Shown here piece after piece: positions 37,446-41,474 of a stretch of 41,474 bases of DNA; the stretch's first letter is position 1, and every line of letters begins with the position of its first letter. The stretch is taken from NCBI RefSeq assembly GCF_001194135.2, contig NC_068985.1, positions 88,228,298 to 88,269,771 on the forward strand. The letters are read 5' to 3'. The notes below the pieces were generated by a model, which was not told the origin of the DNA, made no database searches, and saw nothing but the letters and a program-made list of their open reading frames with translations. The position numbers and the translations under genes are program-made. This DNA is from Octopus bimaculoides. Its lineage: Eukaryota.

Positions 37446-37810
37446 CTTAGAAGTTTGCTTCTCAGACCAAATAGTCCCGGGTTCAGTCCCGTTCCTTGGA
37501 ATCACCAGCAAGTGTGTTCCAGTATAACATCGTGCTGACCAAAGAATCCTGAGTGGCTTCAGTAAACAGAAACTGAAAGAAGCCTGTGTGTATATTGTAT
37601 GAACTGAAAGAAGCTTGTCTTTTTGCCTATGTTCGTCCCCCACCACCGCTTGACAACCGGTTCCGGTGTGTTTACGTACCGTAACTTAGAGATTCACTAA
37701 AAGATGCCAACTGAATATGTACCAGATTTAAAATTATACAGGGGTCGATTCTTCCAAACGGTGCCCAAGTATAGCTGCTATCCAATCACTGAGACAAGCA
37801 AAAGACAATA
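37446..37810 (+). mobile_element. SINE family A, diverged copy
   Basis: cccgggttcagtccc...aaactgaaagaagcc...cgcttgacaaccg...gtttacgtaccgtaacttag...ggggtcgatt. Confidence 0.85.
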
Positions 37811-38377
37811 ATTCAATAGCATGTTGTAATTTTTTATAAATATTATTCTTACTCTGTGTGAAACTTAATGTGTTATGTTGCTTTCGTTGTTCATTTTGAC
37901 AAGTGACATGTTAGTGGCGCCATATCCCTTGCAGTAAAGTTCTATTTACGGTAGTTTATTTGTACTATCATACTTCTATCTAAAAGACTGAGGCTCATCA
38001 AATAATTTAGTGCCAAGTGTTATTTAAGTTTTCTTTCGCTTACATTCAAATATGTCCAACAAAAAGCGCGAAAACCTCCCCTCCGTGAAGCTCGGGTAGT
38101 GGAGGCACGGGTTAGCAGGATGGAAGGACTTGACCAAAATGAATTCTCAGTCAAGCTGGATCAACATGCAGCAGCGGTACTTCATTTGATCTGATCACTT
38201 ACGAGCCGAGATCCAGATGATCACATTTCGAATGTCAGTTGCTTATGACAATTTATCATTTGTGAATTGTTGGACTTTAGCAAGATCAAAAGTCTTCCAT
38301 ATTTTGAGCAGGAATAAAGCGCTTTCATGTGTGTATGCTGCATCTGAATTCCTTTAGAATGTGGCTTACTAATTACT

Positions 38378-38500
38378 GTGGTTGGCTCAAGACTGTAGTG
38401 ATTGTGTGTTCGATTCCCGGCGCTTATTACGTCTCAGTTTTAAAATATGAGCTGTACCTGCAATTCAAAGGTCTGAACTTATAATACCATGTTAAACTGA
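38378..38500 (+). mobile_element. Possible very degenerate SINE family D
   Basis: B-box-like gtgttcgattccc, and gctgtacctgcaattcaaagg resembles gttgtacctgtatttcaaagg in the 13 kb copy. Confidence 0.4.
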
Positions 38501-39946
38501 ATGAAGGCCGTCACTGTTTTCAAGGTTAGAAAGCAGACTATTCACTGAATTCTAACGACTCTGTATACTTTCTCGAACTCCTATTGGCACCTGATATCTA
38601 CCCTTAGAAGTCTCGAGACTTATTCAACTTTTCACAATTTTGCATCGCTGGCGTTATGCATGACCATTGCTTCTTAATGATAAAAGCTGACCACCTTCAG
38701 TCACGAGGGGACTGCCACCATGTATGTATATTTCCTGAGTTAGGCTTAAGTTTCCCACAAAAAATCTCGTGCTTGTAAAGATGCGTTGAGTTAATGCGTT
38801 GCTTGAACTGTTGATGCAAGCTCCAAAGCCCATGCATCTGGAGCTGAGTTGTAGAATATTTGGAATGGTTTATAATTCTCCACTTTGCCACTAATAGATT
38901 GGATTTGGAGACTCCGTCTTAGTTTGTTTCGAACCATCTTGGGGAAAAATCTAATATTTCTAGATTTTTGTGCAAATCATTAGGTATGTAGCCTTATGTA
39001 GTTTGATGATATTTACCAAAGTGAATTTATAACTAGAGCACAAGAGCTCTAAGTTCTGCATTATTTCCCCATAAATATTTTCTTTCCCCCACCCCAGGTT
39101 TGATGGTACATTCACATACGCGCTATGTATGTATGTATGTATGTATGAATCTATATATGTATGAATAAATGAATGTAAATAAATGAAAAACTAGGACCAC
39201 AAATGAAACATTTCACTGTTGTATTCAGTATATTAAATCATAGACTTTCCTCTACTATTTCTGTAAGTGCTCTATATCAATACTACCTTTTATTACTGCA
39301 TTAATTATTAATTAATTCATTTAGTATAAACTTATTCGTTGGTTGATATTTGAAAACCATTTTGAAATGTGTCAGAAATTTATAGTAATTCCTTCAGGAA
39401 TTCCTTCTAGTATACAAATGGTACATTTATCTTTCTCTCAGTTCTGCTCAGAAAGAGAGTAAATCTTGAACAGCGTATTTGTCACTTACTACATTTAGAG
39501 AAACTCATTCGATACTACAAATCATATTTACGACGCCTTTATGCATACATTAAGTTTTGGGCGTGTTTATTGCTGTGTTTCACATTAATTCCCTGCTCCG
39601 GGGAGTATAAACTTATCTGAAAGGAGAGGAAACTTGAAACCTTAATTAAACACTTAACTACATTCAAATGATAGAGATATGTTGTCGTAAACTTCGAAAT
39701 ATCTACTAGTTAATGTTCAAACGACCACAGGGAGGGGTAGAGCAGGTGACATTTCACTTGCAACGTATTCGTGCTTGAAATAATTATTTTTATTTTGTTA
39801 ATCGAAATATACAAAGATTTATCAGAATTCTAAATAGATAGTCATAGGAAACTTTACGAGAACAATCGTTTGTTGAATTAAATGATACAGAAATAATTTT
39901 TTGCTGTAAGAAATTCTCTATTTCTTTCTTCCTTTCTCTCTCTATT

Positions 39947-39984
<38 letters not shown>

Positions 39985-40105
39985 GCTCTCTACCTCTTTC
40001 TGTATATATATATATATATATTATAGTCTCCTTTAGAGAGACTTAGAAATATTAATAACTATATATATACACCCAGTCATACGCACAGAAGCACGTCGAC
40101 GTCTT

Positions 40106-41130
40106 TCACTACAGGCATTCCACTTGTGTTCCTCATATTTACATATTTGAAACATAAGCTTCATACTCTCACATATTTCTTTAATGTTAGCTGCATGGGC
40201 CAGAGGAAAAGAAGGTAACTTATTTCCATTATGGAGTAAAATTGTTTTCGGGCTTACTTTTGTGGAGTCAATAATCAAACGCCATTCGTTCGTGTTATAT
40301 TTGATACTCAGTTCATCCATTACAGAATATAAAACATTAGAAAACACCATACTATCCTCAAGTAAGAAAAAAATTTCCAAAATCACAATGCCGAGCGCAA
40401 TAAAAACTATCTTTAGTCTCATTCTGGAAAAAAATTCTAGTCCTTTAAACCATGAACCAAGTCCAGCTTGCTTTTTCGGCAACTTTAAATCCCGCACAGT
40501 CGTTCAGATCTCTCAGACTCAACAAACGTGGTTCACTCAAAGAACAGTTAGGCTCAAAGTTCATGGCTTTTGTTTCTTTCTCCACATCTTTATCATTTGA
40601 CTCATCGTCACTAAGTTTCATTTGATTTGGAGGATTAGGTACATATAAGTTTTGTCTTAGAAGTACTGGTCTCATAGCAGATTGTAAATTAGGATATTTT
40701 ACAGTATGTTTCGATTTTGATGTTATACCTAGTATATTCGTCATGTAGAAATAGTGATCTTTGGGCTCTATTCAAGTAATACGGATAGCAAAAATGTGAA
40801 CCATTCAGTGAGAAGCCTGACACATGTTACACAACACACACGAGGGAACAGCTTTTATCCTGGTCACCGACTTTGAAGTCAAAATAATGTTCATAACACC
40901 TTTTAATCAATGGCGTGAAACGCCGCCTTTGTGACTTGAATGTTAATTCACCGTAAATATAGCATAAGCTGCATGCCATGTTTAATACAGTTTCTTGGCG
41001 TCATGAATTTGAATGGAATATGTGAACTTAGTATACATCCGCACGCCTGTACTTCATGCACACTACTGACAAGGCATCGGTGACTCATCGACTGAGTGTC
41101 GCCAAGCTACGGTGATGCATTGACCCAGTG
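40106..41130 (-). mobile_element. Decayed, 3'-truncated DNA transposon, Chapaev3-like (CMC superfamily) transposase N-terminal half
   Basis: Frameshifted minus-strand translation: LCYIYGE..F..VGDQDKS..VCCVTCVRLL..EPKDH..TNILGITSKSKHTVKYPNLQSAMRPV..DLN..RDLKLPKKQA..EWRLIIDSTKVSPKTILLHNGNKLPSFPLAH..HKWNAC; possible CACTGGGTCA terminus at 41130. Superfamily label from memory of this motif set. Confidence 0.75.
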
Positions 41131-41474
41131 ACTGAATTTATGATTTCACTAGCTTAACTGAAATTTAAGGCACGTAACAGGAACTGAGAGGGATATCGTG
41201 GAACAGAGAAACGTCCGGTGATACAGAAAATTTGACATTAGTTTTGAATTCTGCATGCAAAAACATGTAAGATACAGGTATTCATTTTCTTGGGACAAAT
41301 TTTTTGTTCACCATTTTAATCAGACGTGCAATATGGACGTCAGGCATTTCTTCACCAGTTGGATATATAATTGAACATATACACAGAGACAAACACAAAC
41401 GCTTACATATACGTGTATATATGTATACATATTTATTTATATATATATGTGTGTATATATATATGTATATATAT

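Overview
AT-rich, microsatellite-saturated eukaryotic (animal) genomic DNA with seven N-gaps, all flanked by microsatellites or microsatellite-rich duplications. The repeat families look like those I recall from octopus (coleoid cephalopod) genomes; this is recognition from memory, not a database result. I find no recognisable host protein-coding gene, so the window is intergenic or deep-intronic, and most listed ORFs are microsatellite or gap artefacts. Supported content: (i) four short interspersed families (A, B, D, and C, which has a tRNA-like head); (ii) four 3' fragments of restriction-enzyme-like-endonuclease (RLE) non-LTR retrotransposons of R4/Dong type, three of them joined to (TAA)n arrays in the same element-relative orientation; (iii) decayed mariner and Chapaev3-like DNA transposons, a probable RTE endonuclease relic and a ~330 bp foldback/MITE. 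The most interesting signal is in family C: tRNA head + (AAT)n + a minimal type-I hammerhead ribozyme of the Penelope-like-element type. Both C loci carry an inverted partial copy at the 5' end, and at 35496-35580 that inverted piece begins at the predicted ribozyme cleavage site. Degenerate minimal hammerheads from two unrelated repeats (20474-20518, 36700-36735), a candidate microexon/recursive splice site (15392-15403) and a candidate terminal exon (7291-7449) also merit checking. No hammerhead copy here is fully intact, and novelty cannot be established without Dfam/Repbase/Rfam searches.
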